64,000 nt of DNA, from NCBI GenBank assembly GCA_963771175.1, contig CAVYSY010000045.1, positions 96,001-160,000 of the forward strand. Direction: 5' to 3'. The notes under the pieces are model-generated. The model was not told the DNA's origin, did no database searches, and saw only the letters and a program-made list of their open reading frames with translations. The DNA is from an uncultured delta proteobacterium. Lineage in GTDB: Bacteria; Myxococcota; Myxococcia; Myxococcales; Myxococcaceae. This document shows, piece after piece, positions 32,777 through 45,436 of this stretch (the first letter of the stretch is position 1; the number at the start of each line of letters is the position of its first letter). A program made the position numbers and the translations under genes.

Positions 32777-34563
32777 TCAGAAGCCCAGCTGCGCCCCCGT
32801 GGGCACCGCCTGCTCGCCGGGCGCCGATGCGGGACGTCTCGTCCGAACGGAAGCGGCAGACCACCTCCCAGCCCTCGGGGACCGTCCCGTCCACGAGGGC
32901 CCGGATGCCGACTCGTCCCGTCCTCTGCGCTCCACGGCTCCTCGCGGGCGCGGGAGTGAATCGATGACCTCGCGGCGGCGCTCCACCTGCTCGTCCAGGT
33001 ACGCGAAGAAGTCGTCGAACACCTGGGACAGGTCGATCCCCGCCGTCTGGAACGCGTCCTGCCACGCCAGCGCGCCGTCGAGCCCCTCGGGTGCGTCCTT
33101 CCTCCCGAGCGCCGAGAGCACTCGCGCCGGGGCTCCGTCTCCATGCCGCCGCACCAGCACCTCGATGAAGGCCCTCCCCAGCGGGTACACCTGGTTCTCG
33201 TCCCGCTCGGCCGCGAGCTTCTCCAGGTCCAGCAGCTCCTCGGTCTTCACCTCCCGCCGCGCCCGCGCCGCCGCGGCGATGAGCTGGTACTCCTCCTCCG
33301 CGCCGGGTGGGTAGAAGAGGCGATACTCCACGTAGCTGGCCAGTCCCTCGCTGAGCAGCTTCATGCGTCGTCAGACGGGAGGCTGCCTCCGCTCCGGCGA
33401 TGCGCTGGGCGAGCACGTGCGTCGTCTCGTGTCCGAGCACCGCGAGCCCCTCCTCGGGCTGGGAGAGCCCGGCGAGGTTCATCCGGAGCGTGTTCCAGTA
33501 GGCCGTGCCCGCCGTGTGCCTCGCGCTCCCGTTGAGGTCCGCGTGGATGGGGACTCCCGCCTCCACCCCGAGGAAGGCACGGACCTTCTCGAAGGCTCCA
33601 TCCGCTCCCTCCAGGAGCGGCTCGGCGCGCTTGCGCAGGCTGGCGGGGTAGCTGAACTGGTAGTGCCCGGTCGCCGCCTGCGCGGTGGCCGCGGAGGGGA
33701 ACTCCACCTGGGGGCCCTCGTCGTCGCGCTGTCCTCCTCCGTGCCGTCGCTCCCGGCCGACCGGCCGAAGACCACGAGGAACATGCCCACGGTGGCGAGC
33801 GTGGCCAGGGTTCCCAGCCACGAGCCCTGCATCCGTCGCTGGATGGAGGCGGTGAGCCGCTCACCCCACCCGAGGAACTGCGCCAGGGCCATTCCGAGCA
33901 GCACGCAGGCCACCGAGAGCTGGAGGCGCAGGGCCTCCACGGGCCAGCGCCACGCGGTGCCCTCGAACCGCGGCGCCGTGAGGCGGAACGGGTTGAGGGC
34001 GGAGAGCCATGGCACCCGATCCTCGAGGATCGATTGGCTCAGCATCAGCACCGCCAGCGCCGTCCAGCACAGCCGCCGCAAGGGCGCCAGCGCCAGCGCC
34101 AGGGCGAGCACCGTGAGCGCCTGCGCCACCCGCAGCACGGACGCCACCACCATCACCTGCAGGTGCAGGCCCGGCTCCAGCGAGGTGCGGGACAAGACCT
34201 GGTGGAAGATCACCCACAGCGTCGTCCCGAGCGGGTACACCAGCACGGTGGCGAGCGCGACGAGCAGCTTCACCCAGAAGAGCGTCCAGCGAGAGGTGGG
34301 CAGCGCGTCGAGGAACTCCAGCGTGCGGTCATCCTGCTCGCGCACGAGCAGGCCGCAGCCCAGCGCGAACGCGAGGATGAACGTCATCAGGGACAGGTCG
34401 CCATCCGGATTGAACCGCGACTCGAAGGTGTCCGCGTAGGGCGAGGAACCCCAGGGGCCTGAACCACAGAGTCCGTCAGCACGTCGAGCGCGATGAAGAA
34501 GAGCGCGAGCCAGAGGAACGGCCGCTGGTCACGCACCTCCTTGGCCACGAGCGGGCGGATCAT
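32777..34563 (-). CDS. ABC-2-type permease fused to a gluzincin-like peptidase domain; frameshifted, 3' end unclear
   Basis: MIRPLVAKEVRD, EQDDRTLEFLDALP.SR...FWVKL; VLGHETTHV and downstream LSEGLASY. Confidence 0.7.
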
Positions 34564-36439
34564 CGGATCTCCCTCCTTTCCGCGAGCAGGCGGATGGGGC
34601 ACCCGAGCGTCTCGGACTCCATCTGCACCACGAAGAGCCACCGATCCCCTCGCGCGAGCCCGCAGTGGAAGCCGCGCCCCACTCGCGGAGGGCACCGCGT
34701 CCTGCCGGGAGAGCTCGTGCGGCGCCACCTCGTTCTCGAAGGGTTTCAGCTTGCTGGTGGAGGAGCGCGTACCGAGCGGGAAGCGCCTGGCCTTCCGCCG
34801 CCTGGAGGGTGTGCTCCAGACGGAAGGTCTCCGCCGACTCCGCCACCAGCGTGAGCGAGGGCGTCATTCCGGCCAGGCGTTCCAGCTCCTTCGCGTGCGT
34901 CTCGCGATCCTCACGCGAGCGCCTCGCGACCAGAGCCGCTGACAGCTCCTCCTCGGAGAACCCGTCCTGCTCGCGCAGCAGCGAGGCCAGCCGCGGCTCG
35001 CGCCAGAGTCCCCACAAGCCCGTGCCCGGCGGCTGCGCCAGGGTGCGCCGCATCAGCGCTCGGAAGGAGGGCTCTCCGAGCCGTCGTGAGCAACGTCTGG
35101 CACTCCCCGGGCGGCCAGCGCTCCCGACAGGCAGGGACCGAGGCGCTCGCGCGTGGTCAACCAGCCCTGGATGTCGAAGCCTTCCCGAGAGGCCACCGCG
35201 GCCCTCGCCGACAGCCGCTCGCTCCTGCCTGCTCCGGTTCGCCCACCACGTGGTGAAGCCATCGAGCAGCCACTGCCGCTCCTCCCGCAGCACCACGCCC
35301 TCGCTGACCTGGATGAGCACCTCGCGGAAGAGGAAGGCCTCGAAGGCGCGCGGGTCGAAGTCCGGAGCCGCGAGGTTCGCCCGCACCACGACGCCATCGG
35401 CCTTCTCCAGCTTCGCGCGCTGGAATACGTCCGCATCGAGCTCGCGGATGGGCAATACCGCCACGGCCGGAAGCCGCTCGAGCCCGAGGTAGTCGCTCAG
35501 CGCGAGCAGCTCCTCCGCGAGCCGTTCCGCCAGCGCCTGCGCCTCGCTCCCGCGGGAAGCCCACCCCGGAGGCCACCTGGACGGCCGAGCTCCTTCACTC
35601 GGGCTCTGCTCCGCCTCGTGCAGGGCGAAGGGCTCTGCGCTGCTTCGCCTTGTCCAGCATGGAAACAACCGTCGATGAGCCCGACGAAGACACACGCGAT
35701 GAACACCTTCTCCCGGTGACTCATCCGCTGGGAGAACAGCTCGGCCAGGGTTCCGTCCCGGTAGAGGACCAGCCCGAAGCAGAGCGCCACCGCCGCCGCC
35801 GTGAGGGCCCAGCACGCAACGAGGTTGCTCCCAGGGGATGCGGTGGCGCTCGAAGGCGAAGTCGGCGCCGAGCAGCGCGAACGGCCCGGTCTTGGAGAGA
35901 TCGAGCTCCGTGAGGTGGTCCGCCGCGAAGGCGGCGATGGCCAGGATGACGTAGAGGGGGTTGCGGTAGCGGCCGAGCAGCCCGGCGAGCGCGAAGAAGG
36001 CTCCAGCCCAGCAGCACCGGGGTGGCCGCGCGAAGGGAGCAGAAGGAGGACGAAGCGGGCGGTGACGTCCTCGCGCGCCCCGACCCTGCTCCAGAGGACG
36101 AGGAAGGTCAGCCGCGAGCGGGAGCAGCAGCACGGCCGCCCCGAGCACGAGCTTGGTGGTGAGGATGCGCGTGCGCGAGAGGGGAAGCGCTTCGAGGAAG
36201 AGCTGGGTCCGCTGGCCGTACTCGCGCACCACCAGGCGGTGGCCCACGAAGAGGGCTCCCACGCTGGAGAGGAGCACGGCGGGCATCTGGAGCAGCGCGA
36301 ACAGGCTGCCCTTCGCTTCGGCGTAGCGCTTCTCCGCCAGGACGCAGGAGGAACGAGCAGGAGCCCGAGGAGGATGTTGAGGAGGAGCCACGAGCCTCGG
36401 TGCTCGCGCCACTCCTTGCGCAGGAGGGCCCGCGCTCAT
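34560..36439 (-). CDS. Paralogous ABC-2-type permease with a degenerate peptidase-like domain; frameshifted
   Basis: LLRKEWREH, EYGQRTQLFLEALPLSR...TKL; C-terminal domain with FREVLI...WLLDGF. Confidence 0.65.
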
Positions 36440-36900
36440 GTCTCGTCCGACCGCCGCGCGTAGGCGAGGAAGATGTTCTCCAGCGAGAGCGTCTCCACCG
36501 CCTCCGGAGCGAAGGGGCTCGCGGCCCAGTCCGCCGACGCGCCGAAGAGCACCAGGGCCAGGCGCCCATCGGGCAGGCGCTCGCGTCTCACGAGCGAGAA
36601 TCCGGGCGGGAGCTGCTCCGTCGGGGTCTCCAGCACCACCCGCCGGACCGACTGGCGGAGCGTGTCGAGGCTCGCCCTGGAAGCGCAGCCGGCCGTCGTG
36701 GAGGATGCCGATGCGGTGCGCCACCTCCTCCACCTCGCCGACGAGGTGGGACGAGAAGAGCGCGGTCTGCCCCTCGCGCCGGACCTGGTCGCGGAGGATG
36801 TCGAGGAACTCGCGCCGCGCCACCGGATCCAACCCGGCGGTGGGCTCGTCGAGGATCAGCAGCGGAGGGCGGTGGGCCAGCGCGAGCGCCCAGTGCTTCC
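36436..36900 (-). pseudogene. ABC ATPase C-terminal half (Walker A and signature motif absent)
   Basis: LALAHRPPLLILDEPTAGLDPVARREF, FSSH, GILHDG; there is no room for the N-terminal half before the S8 stop at 36984. Confidence 0.75.
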
Positions 36901-36983
36901 AGGGCCTCGTGTCCATCTTGGGACCCGGGCCAGCCGTCCCTACCAGCCGGCCCGGGCCTTCGTGCTTCACACCCGATGGGTGA

Positions 36984-39504
36984 CTAGAACGTCACGGTCG
37001 AGTCGTTCGAGCAGCGGCTCGTGCCGGCATCGCACACGCGGTACGTGTACGTCCCCGCGGCGCTCACCTGGTCGGTGTGGGCGCCGTCGTTGGCCGTGGT
37101 GATGACCAGGGTGCCGTTGCGGAACACGTCCACGTTGGTGCCGCTGGCAGCGGACCACGTGAGGTCCACGTACTGCTTCTTGCCCTGGGTCCGCGTCGCG
37201 GAGGAGAGCGAGATGGACACCGGCGCCGTCACCGTCACCGTCTGCGTCCGGGTGCTGCTCAGACCCTGGCTGTCCGTCACCGTCAGCGCCACGGAGAAGG
37301 TGCCGCTCGCCGCGTAGGTGTGGCTCGGGTTGCTCGCGGTGGAGGTAGCGCCGTCGCCGAAGCTCCAGCTCCAGGAGGCGATGGTGCCGTCCGAGTCCGT
37401 GCTGGTGTCCGTGAAGCCGCAGGTCAGCCCGCTGCACGACGAGGTGAACGAGGCCGCGGGAGCCTGCGCTCCGCTGCCATCACCCACCGGGAAGGCCAGG
37501 TCGTCGCGGTCATCGTAGCTGCCGGTGGTGCAGGTGCCAGCAGTGGTGCTGCTGTAGCGGAAGTTGCCGCGCACGGCCTGCAGGCTGCCGGACGGCAGGG
37601 TGTAGGTGGCCGAGAGCACCTGCGCGCCACCCGCGGCCGGCTTGAGCGTGGCGAGGAAGGTCCACGAGGGGTTGTTCGCGTCCGCCGTGTAGTAGATGTC
37701 CAGCGAGTCCGAGCTGCCGGTGGACCACGCCCACACCGTCATCTCCACCTTCACCGTCTTGCCCGGCGCCAGCGGCGAGCCGTCCAGCGTGGAGATGCGG
37801 ATGCGCTCCAGCGACTCGTCGCTCTTGTAGGTGCCGCTGTTGCCGTCGGCGCACGTGCCGCCCAGGGTGTTGGGAGCGTTGGTCTCCGGGCCCATCGTGC
37901 CGCGCCCGTTCACCAGCGCGCCGGTGTCGCAGTAGGCGCCCGGCTCGGTGCAGCGCGGCGCCTTGAGCGCGGCGTCGTAGCTGGCGATGCCCGGGTTGTT
38001 CACCGTCACGCTGACGGCGGAGCTGGTGCCCACGTTGCCGCCCGCGTCATAGGCCTTGGCCACGACGGTGTGGCTGCCGTTGCCGCCCAGGGTGGTGTTC
38101 CAGGCCACCTCGTACGGCGCGGTGGTGTCCGTGCCGAGGAGGGCCCCGTTGGCGAAGAAGGAGACGCGCGTCACGCCCACGTCGTCGCTGGCGTCGGCCG
38201 CGACGTTGACGGTGCCAACGATGCTGGCACCCGAGGTCGGGGCCGTGAGGGTGGCGGTGGGGGGGTTGTTGTCGGCCGGGCCGGAGGCGATGGCGCCGGT
38301 GTACAGCAGCAGGTTGGGCGAGCCGGTGCCCGGGCTGGTGACGACGCCCACCGTGGCCATGTTGGTGAGCACGCTGGTCACCTGCTCCGGGGTGGCGGTC
38401 GGGTTGGTGGCCAGGTAGAGCGCCGCGGCGCCCGCCACGTGCGGGGAGGCCATCGAGGTGCCGCTGATGGTGTTGGTGGCCGTGTCGCCCGTGTACCAGG
38501 CCGAGGTGATGTTCGAGCCCGGAGCGAAGATGTCCACGCAGGTGCCGAAGTTGGAGAACGAGGACGCGCGCGTCGCGTGTTGGTGGTGGCGCCCACGGTG
38601 ATGGCGTTGGGCGTGCGGGCCGGGGATTGGTTGCAGGCGTCGCCGTTGTCGTTGCCGGCGGCGATCGCGTAGACCACGCCCGAGGCGATGGAGCTCGTCA
38701 CCGCGTCATCCACCGCCTGGGAGGCGCCGCCGCCGAGGCTCATGTTGGCCACGGCCGGCTTGACGTGGTTGGCGGTCACCCAGTCCACGCCGGCGATGAC
38801 GCCCTCGTAGGTACCGGAGCCGCGCGCAGTCCAGCACGCGCACCGCGTGCAGGCTCACTTCCTTGGCCACGCCCTAGGTGGCGCCGCCGACCGTGCCCGC
38901 CACGTGCGTGCCGTGGCCGTTGCAGTCATTGGCGCCGTTGCCGTCCGTGATGGCGCGAATAGTCCAGGCTGGCGCGGCCGCCGAAGTCGGCGTGGGTGGT
39001 GCGGATACCGGTGTCGATGATGTACGCGTGGACCCCGGAGCCGGCGGTGTTGTACGCGTACGTCTGGTCCAGCGGCAGCGCCACCTGGTCGACGCGATCC
39101 AGGCCCCACGTGGCGCCCGTCTGCGTGCCGGAGATGGACATGCGGCCGTTCTCCTCCACGTAGGCCACGTTCGGGTCCTCGGCGAGCGCGCGTGCATCCG
39201 CCTCGCTCATGTACGCCACGAAGCCGCGCAGCGCGTGACGGAACACCCGGCCCGTCTTGCCGCGGTAGGACGCCGCCAGTGCCGGCGCCACGTCCCTGAC
39301 GTCCCCGCGCTCCTCGTTCTTGAGGACGACGATGTACTCGCCCGCCACCGGCTCGAGGCTCCGGCGGAACTTCGTCGGCCGGGACTCCTTGATGGCGGCC
39401 TCGCGGCTCTGGAGGATGGCCTCGCTCCCGGTCGAGGGGTCGGCGTTGTTGCAGGCCATGGACGACAGGGCCGCTGCGGTCAGGAAGATGGGGATTTTAC
39501 GCAT
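36984..39504 (-). CDS. S8 subtilase (aqualysin/proteinase K-like) with I9 propeptide, Ig-like and PKD domains; frameshifts and an in-frame TAG at 38874
   Basis: Lipobox [48 protein letters not shown]. Confidence 0.9.
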
Positions 39505-39637
39505 TACCACTCCTTGGAGGTACAACGGGTTTCCCTGATTTATCGCAAATGGAGCGGAAAAGTCGCGTTGCGGCCTGAATTGAATTTTTTGCCGAAGCGG
39601 CCGCCCCACGGAGCAGTCGCTGGAGGAGGAGGGCATC

Positions 39638-40432
39638 ATGGATGGGCCATCACCTACGCCGGCCTGGGGCGGGCGCCTGTTCCTCGCGCCGGGTGTCTTT
39701 CTCTATGTGGGCCCCGGGGGTGTCGCGGACGAGCATGCGCACCACGCCGTGCAGTTCGTCTGGGCGAGCGAGGGAGAGCTCACCCTGCGGTGGCCAGCGC
39801 GGAGGACCCGGGTGCGAGCGGCGCTGGTGCCCGCCAACCTCCCGCACTCCTTCGAGGCGCAAGGCCAGCCCCTCGTGCTGATGCTCGTCGAGAGGCACGG
39901 GCCGCGTGGAGCGGCACTCGAGCGACGCGCGAGAGAGGGTCTGGGCCATGAGCTCCTCGAGAGCCTGTCCGGCTTGAAGTTCCCATCGCTCGAAGCTGGC
40001 CCCGAGGAGGCCATGGCCTGGTGTGAGCGCGTCTTCACGGCGCTGGGAGCGACGTCCACCGGGGTGGAGGTGCCCTCGAGGGGGATCCGGCGCGCCATCG
40101 CGTATGTCGAGAGTGCGCTCGACACCGTTCCAAGCCTCGAGGTCGCGGCCGCCCGCGCCTCGGTATCACCCACGCGGCTCACGCACCGCTTCTCCGCCGA
40201 GGTCGGAATCCCGTTCCGTCGCTTCGTGCTCTGGGCCAGGCTCAAGCGAGCGGTCGAGGAGACCCGTCGTGGCGCCAACCTGACCGAGGCCGCGGTCGAG
40301 GCCGGGTTCAGCGACGCCGCTCACTTCAGCCGGACATTCCGGGCGATGTTCGGGCTGAGCCCCTCCACGGTCCTCCCGCGCATGGAGTTCTTCGGCGGCC
40401 ACTGGGTCGCTCCGGGCGCGCCTTCGCGGTGA
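39638..40432 (+). CDS. AraC-family transcriptional regulator
   Basis: HAHHAVQ cupin-like N-terminus; SPTRLTHRF...[25 protein letters not shown]. Confidence 0.92.
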   Translation: MDGPSPTPAWGGRLFLAPGVFLYVGPGGVADEHAHHAVQFVWASEGELTLRWPARRTRVRAALVPANLPHSFEAQGQPLVLMLVERHGPRGAALERRAREGLGHELLESLSGLKFPSLEAGPEEAMAWCERVFTALGATSTGVEVPSRGIRRAIAYVESALDTVPSLEVAAARASVSPTRLTHRFSAEVGIPFRRFVLWARLKRAVEETRRGANLTEAAVEAGFSDAAHFSRTFRAMFGLSPSTVLPRMEFFGGHWVAPGAPSR

Positions 40433-40478
40433 CCGCAACGTTCAAGCCTGTCTTTCCGGCCGTGGCTACCTTCGCGGC

Positions 40479-41288
40479 ATGAACGAAGAATACCTGCGGC
40501 CCACGCCCCTGCTCGACCATGAGCACCCGAGCCTCCAGCGCCTCGTCGAGGAGCGCGGCTGGCGAGCGCTGACGGAGAGCGAGCGCATCGGCGCTGTCTA
40601 CGCGTACGTCCGGGACGAGATTCGCTTCGGCTACAACGAAGCCGACAACCTGCCGGCCTCGCGCGTCCTCGCGGATGGATACGGTCAGTGCAACACGAAG
40701 ACGACCTTGCTCATGGCCCTGCTGCGGGCCTCGGGCATCCCGTGCCGGTTCCATGGCGCGACCATCCACAAGCGGCTGCAGAAGGGCGTCGTGAACGGCC
40801 TCTTCTACGCTCTGGCCCCCGCGAGCATCATCCACAGCTGGGCCGAGGTGCGGGTCGGCAACCGCTGGGTCGCGCTCGAGGGCGTGATACTGGACGTGGC
40901 CTACCTGTCGGGGGTGCGCGGGCTCGTGCCGCGAGGGCAGGGCGAGGGCGCCTTCCTCGGCTTCGGGGTCGGGACCGAGAACCTCGCCGAGCCTCCCATC
41001 CAGTGGCGGGGGAGCGACACGTTCATCCAGAAGACGGGAGTCAACCAGGACCTGGGCGTGTTCGAGCACCCGGATTCCTTCTACGCCGCGCACGGAACGA
41101 ACCTCACGGGCGTGAAGGACTGGCTCTACCGGCACTGGATCCGCCACGTGATGAACGAGAACGTGACGAGAATCCGGGCCCGCGGCGTTGGTCTGGCTGG
41201 CGGTTGCATGAGTCGGATTCCCGGCACCACACCGCCCCCGTGTGCCATGGACGGACGGCACTCGGCTCCACAGAGTGGGGGGACATGA
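40479..41288 (+). CDS. Transglutaminase-like protein
   Basis: GYGQCNTK...[17 protein letters not shown]. Confidence 0.88.
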   Translation: MNEEYLRPTPLLDHEHPSLQRLVEERGWRALTESERIGAVYAYVRDEIRFGYNEADNLPASRVLADGYGQCNTKTTLLMALLRASGIPCRFHGATIHKRLQKGVVNGLFYALAPASIIHSWAEVRVGNRWVALEGVILDVAYLSGVRGLVPRGQGEGAFLGFGVGTENLAEPPIQWRGSDTFIQKTGVNQDLGVFEHPDSFYAAHGTNLTGVKDWLYRHWIRHVMNENVTRIRARGVGLAGGCMSRIPGTTPPPCAMDGRHSAPQSGGT

Positions 41289-42007
41289 CACCTCCGAAGG
41301 TCGGGCAGGCGGTGCTCGTGGCGCGTGGCCTCACCAAGGTGTACCGGACGGGTGAGGTGGAGGTGCACGCGCTGCGGGGCGTGGACCTGGACCTGTATGG
41401 GGGCGAGTTCGTCGTCCTGCTCGGGCCCTCGGGCAGCGGCAAGTCCACGCTCCTCAACATCCTCGGAGGGCTCGACGTGCCCACCGGCGGCGACATCTCC
41501 TACTACGACCACGACCTCGCCCACGCCGACGAGCGCGCGCTCACCCGCTACCGGCGCGAGCACGTGGGCTTCGTCTTCCAGTTCTACAACCTCATCCCCA
41601 GTCTCACCGCCCGCGAGAACGTGGCGCTGGTGACGGAGATCGCCGAGAAGCCCATGCGGCCGGAGGAGGCGCTCGCGCTGGTGGGGCTCGGCCAGCGGAT
41701 GGACCACTTCCCCTCGCAGCTCTCCGGAGGCGAGCAGCAGCGGGTGGCCATCGCTCGGGCGGTGGCCAAGCGCCCGGATCTGCTCCTGTGCGACGAGCCC
41801 ACCGGCGCGCTGGACTACGTCACCGGCAAGCTCGTCCTCGAGACGCTCGCGCGCATCAACACCGAGCTGGGCACCACCACCGCCGTCATCACCCACAACG
41901 CGGCCATCGCGGGCATGGCGGACCGGGTCATCCACATCGCGGACGGGCGCATCGTCCGGCTCGTGCCCAACCCGCACAAGCTGCGCCCCGATGAGCTGAG
42001 CTGGTGA
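41285..42007 (+). CDS. LolD/MacB-type ABC ATP-binding protein
   Basis: [34 protein letters not shown]. Confidence 0.93.
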   Translation: MTPPKVGQAVLVARGLTKVYRTGEVEVHALRGVDLDLYGGEFVVLLGPSGSGKSTLLNILGGLDVPTGGDISYYDHDLAHADERALTRYRREHVGFVFQFYNLIPSLTARENVALVTEIAEKPMRPEEALALVGLGQRMDHFPSQLSGGEQQRVAIARAVAKRPDLLLCDEPTGALDYVTGKLVLETLARINTELGTTTAVITHNAAIAGMADRVIHIADGRIVRLVPNPHKLRPDELSW

Positions 42008-42090
42008 GGATGCTCGATGGGGGCGCCGGGAGGGGGAGCGGATCCTCCGCCTCGTGCCCACACTCCCCATGGAGATGGAGGAACGAGACC

Positions 42091-42489
42091 ATGTACGAAG
42101 CGAACTACGCTCATACGCGGCGGCTTGATGGGGTGACGCAGGAGCAGGCGATCGCCCGGGTCAAGGAGGCGCTCGCCGCCGAGGGCTTCGGGGTTCTCAC
42201 TGAAATCGACGTGAAGGCCACGCTGAAGAAGAAGCTCGGCGTGGATCGCAAGCCCTACGTCATCCTCGGCGCCTGCAACCCGGCCCTGGCCCACAAGGCT
42301 CTAGAAGCCGAGCCCGCAATCGGGGTGTTGCTGCCCTGCAACGTGGACGTCTTCGAGGGCGAGGACGGGGCCGCCTGGATCCAGGCCATCCGGCCGCAGA
42401 CGCTGTTCCGCATGGTGGGCAATCCCGCCGTCCAGCCCATCGCCGAGGAAGTGGATGCCCGGCTGCTGCATGCCCTGGAGAAACTCTGA
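42091..42489 (+). CDS. DUF302 domain protein
   Basis: [39 protein letters not shown]. Confidence 0.9.
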   Translation: MYEANYAHTRRLDGVTQEQAIARVKEALAAEGFGVLTEIDVKATLKKKLGVDRKPYVILGACNPALAHKALEAEPAIGVLLPCNVDVFEGEDGAAWIQAIRPQTLFRMVGNPAVQPIAEEVDARLLHALEKL

Positions 42490-42490
42490 G

Positions 42491-43803
42491 TCATGTCGCC
42501 GGGGCTGGCCGGCGGAGCCCGCGCGCTCGCTTCTTTCCTGGGACGGGATGGGGGCGTTCTTCCGGACGCCAGGCAACGAAGGGCCTTCCCTCCCGGGCGC
42601 AGAGGAGCTGGATGCTCTGTCGCCCCGAGAGCGCCGCGATTGGCAGGCCCCCACCGGGTGAGACCCACTGACCGGCCATGAAGAAGGACTCCAGCCCCGG
42701 CAGGGTTCTGCGCGGGCTCTTGCGCATCGCCTCGGGCGTGGGGAGCCACCCCTCATAGGCCCCCTTCCAGTTTCCCGTGTAGTGCTCGAAGGTCACGGGG
42801 GTCGCCACGTCCCGCATCTCCACCTGCGAGGAAATGCCGGGGAAGCGCTTCTCGAGCGCCGCGAGGAATTGACTCGCGACCCGCTCCTTCTCCTCGGCGT
42901 AGCGCTCCGGGTTCTGGCTCAGGGCCGCCCACCGGGCGTAATCCGTATGGACGAGCACCTTCAGCACCGTTCGTCCCTCCGGTGCCAGCGTCGGGTCATG
43001 GTTGTCGATCTCCACCAGCACCCGGCGGTGCTCCTGGCCGGCGATCTGGAGAGGCTCGGGCAGCGGCAGGCTGATGCCCATGACGACGTGCGGAACGTCA
43101 TCGAAACGCCGACGGACGCCGAACGCCACCTGGAGGATGCCCGGGAAGAGGGGATTCCGCTGGTAGAGCACGCGCAGCTCGTCGTCCACGTAGCGGCCTT
43201 CGAGCAGCTCGAAGAGGGTGGTGTGACCATCGGCCGCCGAGATGACCGCGTCGGCCCGATGCTTCTCTCCACTGGCGAGCCGGATGCCCACGGCGCGGCC
43301 GTTCTCGACCAGGATGCGCGCCACACGCGCCGTGTAGTGGAGCTCCCCCCCGAGCTCCCGGAAACGTGCCTCGATGGCACGGGAGAAGGCCAGCGAGCCG
43401 CCCACGGGGTATCCCGCCTGCGCCGCTCCGACGAACCCGAGGTTGATGAGCAGGAAGAGGAGCGACGTCTCCGGAGGCCATGATCCGTGGGGGTGACGAG
43501 GGTGTGTCCGTCGAGCCCCTCGATGCGCATGAACTCAGCCGGATAGAGCATCTGGCGCCCCTGGACGGCGCCCAGCTCCTCCCACATGCGGTACAGGGGA
43601 GAGGTGGGGGCGGAGCCGACCACCCAGTGGACGCACCCATCGATGGTGTAGTCGTCGCGCTGCCAGGAGGTGCACAAGCCTCCGGGCTTGTCGTGCAGCT
43701 CGAAGAGCTTCGTCTGGTACCCGTTCATCCGCGCATAGCACCCGGCGGACAGCCCCGCGATGCCAGCGCCGATGACGATGAGTGATTTCTCCTGGTTCCC
43801 CAT
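42491..43803 (-). pseudogene. Phytoene-desaturase-family FAD oxidoreductase with a frameshift and probable internal deletion near 43490
   Basis: IGAGIAGL, PGGLCTSW, YPVGGS, VATPVT, MAGQWVSPGGGLP; abrupt jump from GHTLV to PPETSLLFLL. Confidence 0.75.
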
Positions 43804-43974
43804 GGATGAAGGGTGGAGCCCTCAGGAGGGAGGGGACAACCCCCCCCTTTCGTCCGTGCCTCCGGGGGAGGGGCGGCCTTCCAGGCGCGAAACTTCGCGC
43901 GTGGGCTGGAGGTGGGGGCATGATGGCGGGGAGTCCGAGTCCGGACCGTATCCGTTCAACAGTTGGGGGAATGA

Positions 43975-45426
43975 ATGAATTGGCTCCATGCGCGCATCGT
44001 GAGCGCGCTCGTTGTCTTCGTGCTGGTCGTGCCCGCCGCCGAAGCGGCAACGCGGCAGCAGGAGATTGATCGGCTCGTCACGAAGTACAACCAGTTGCGC
44101 CAGTTCAACGGTGCCCTGCTCGTCGCCGACGAGAAGGGCATCGTCCTCAAGAAAGCCTACGGCCAGGCGAACTTCGAATGGCAGGTGCCGAATACACCCG
44201 ACACGAAGTTCCGCCTCGGATCGATCACCAAGCAGTTCACCTCGATGGTCATCATGCAGCTCGTCGCCGAGGGGAAGCTCAAGCTCGAGGACAAGCTCAC
44301 GACGCATCTCCCGGACTACCGTAAGGATACGGGTGACCGCATCACGATCGCCCAGTTGCTGAATCACACCTCGGGCATCCCGAGCTACACGTCGTTGCCC
44401 GCGTTCTTCGAGAAAGAGTCGCGCAATCCCTACACGGTCGCGGACTTCGTGAAGAAGTTCGCCAGCGGCGACCTCGAGTTCGAACCCGGGACGAAGTGGG
44501 CGTACAACAACTCCGGCTACTTCCTGCTCGGCGCCATCATCGAGAAGATCACCGGAAAGACTTACGCGCAGGCGCTGCAGGAGCGGATCTTCGACCCGCT
44601 GGGGATGAAGAACACCGGCTATGACGTCTCCGCGACGGTGCTCCCGAAGCGCGCGAGTGGTTATCAGCTCGAGCCCAACGGGTACGTCAACGCGCCATAC
44701 CTCGACATGGCGCTCCCCTATGCCGCCGGCTCCCTGTATTCGACGGTGGAGGACCTCTATCTCTGGGATCGCGCGCTCTACCTCGACAAGCTGCTGCCCG
44801 CGCCGCTCAAGCAGCAGCTCTTCACGCCGGGAATGGGCCAGTACGCCCATGGGTGGTTCGTGAAGCCGATCAAGCTGAACGACGGCGCGACGGAGCTCGC
44901 CACCATCAGCCACGGTGGCGGGATCAACGGGTTCAGCACGCTACTCATCCGCGTACCTGAGCGGAGGGAGCTCGTCGTCCTCCTCGACAACACGTCGCGC
45001 GGCGGCAGGCTCCAGGAGATCGCGGCCGGAGTGCTGAGCATCCTTCATGGCATTCCGCCCCGGCAGCCCCGGCCATCAATCGGGGAAGTCGTGCTGGCGA
45101 CCATCGACAAGGCGTCCGTGGCGGAGGGAGTCGCCAGGTACAAGGCCTTCAAGGCGACGAAGCCGAACGACTACGACTTCTCCGAAAGGGAGCTGATTCG
45201 CGTTGGATATCAGCTGCTGGACGCTGGGCGCGTGGCGGACGCGATCGAGATCTTCAAGCTGAACGTGGAGATGTTTCCCAGCGATGGGAACACCTACGGC
45301 GGCCTGGGTGAGGCGTACAGGGCCAGCGGAAACAAGGAGCAGGCGATTGCGAACTACCGCCGCGCTCTGGAACTGACCCCTGACAACACGGAAGTGGCGG
45401 CGAGGCTCAAGCAGCTCGAGGAGTAG
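43975..45426 (+). CDS. Serine hydrolase (class C beta-lactamase/PBP-like) with C-terminal TPR
   Basis: Signal peptide; SITK, LLNHTSG, YNN, HGG; TPR helices. Confidence 0.92.
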   Translation: MNWLHARIVSALVVFVLVVPAAEAATRQQEIDRLVTKYNQLRQFNGALLVADEKGIVLKKAYGQANFEWQVPNTPDTKFRLGSITKQFTSMVIMQLVAEGKLKLEDKLTTHLPDYRKDTGDRITIAQLLNHTSGIPSYTSLPAFFEKESRNPYTVADFVKKFASGDLEFEPGTKWAYNNSGYFLLGAIIEKITGKTYAQALQERIFDPLGMKNTGYDVSATVLPKRASGYQLEPNGYVNAPYLDMALPYAAGSLYSTVEDLYLWDRALYLDKLLPAPLKQQLFTPGMGQYAHGWFVKPIKLNDGATELATISHGGGINGFSTLLIRVPERRELVVLLDNTSRGGRLQEIAAGVLSILHGIPPRQPRPSIGEVVLATIDKASVAEGVARYKAFKATKPNDYDFSERELIRVGYQLLDAGRVADAIEIFKLNVEMFPSDGNTYGGLGEAYRASGNKEQAIANYRRALELTPDNTEVAARLKQLEE

Positions 45427-45436
45427 GCCCCGCCGA

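Noticed and set aside
38874..38876. In-frame TAG in the S8 protease as pyrrolysine or read-through
   Set aside because: It occupies a normal Tyr/Trp position (GGAT-x-GVAK) in an error-dense stretch; no pyl genes were seen
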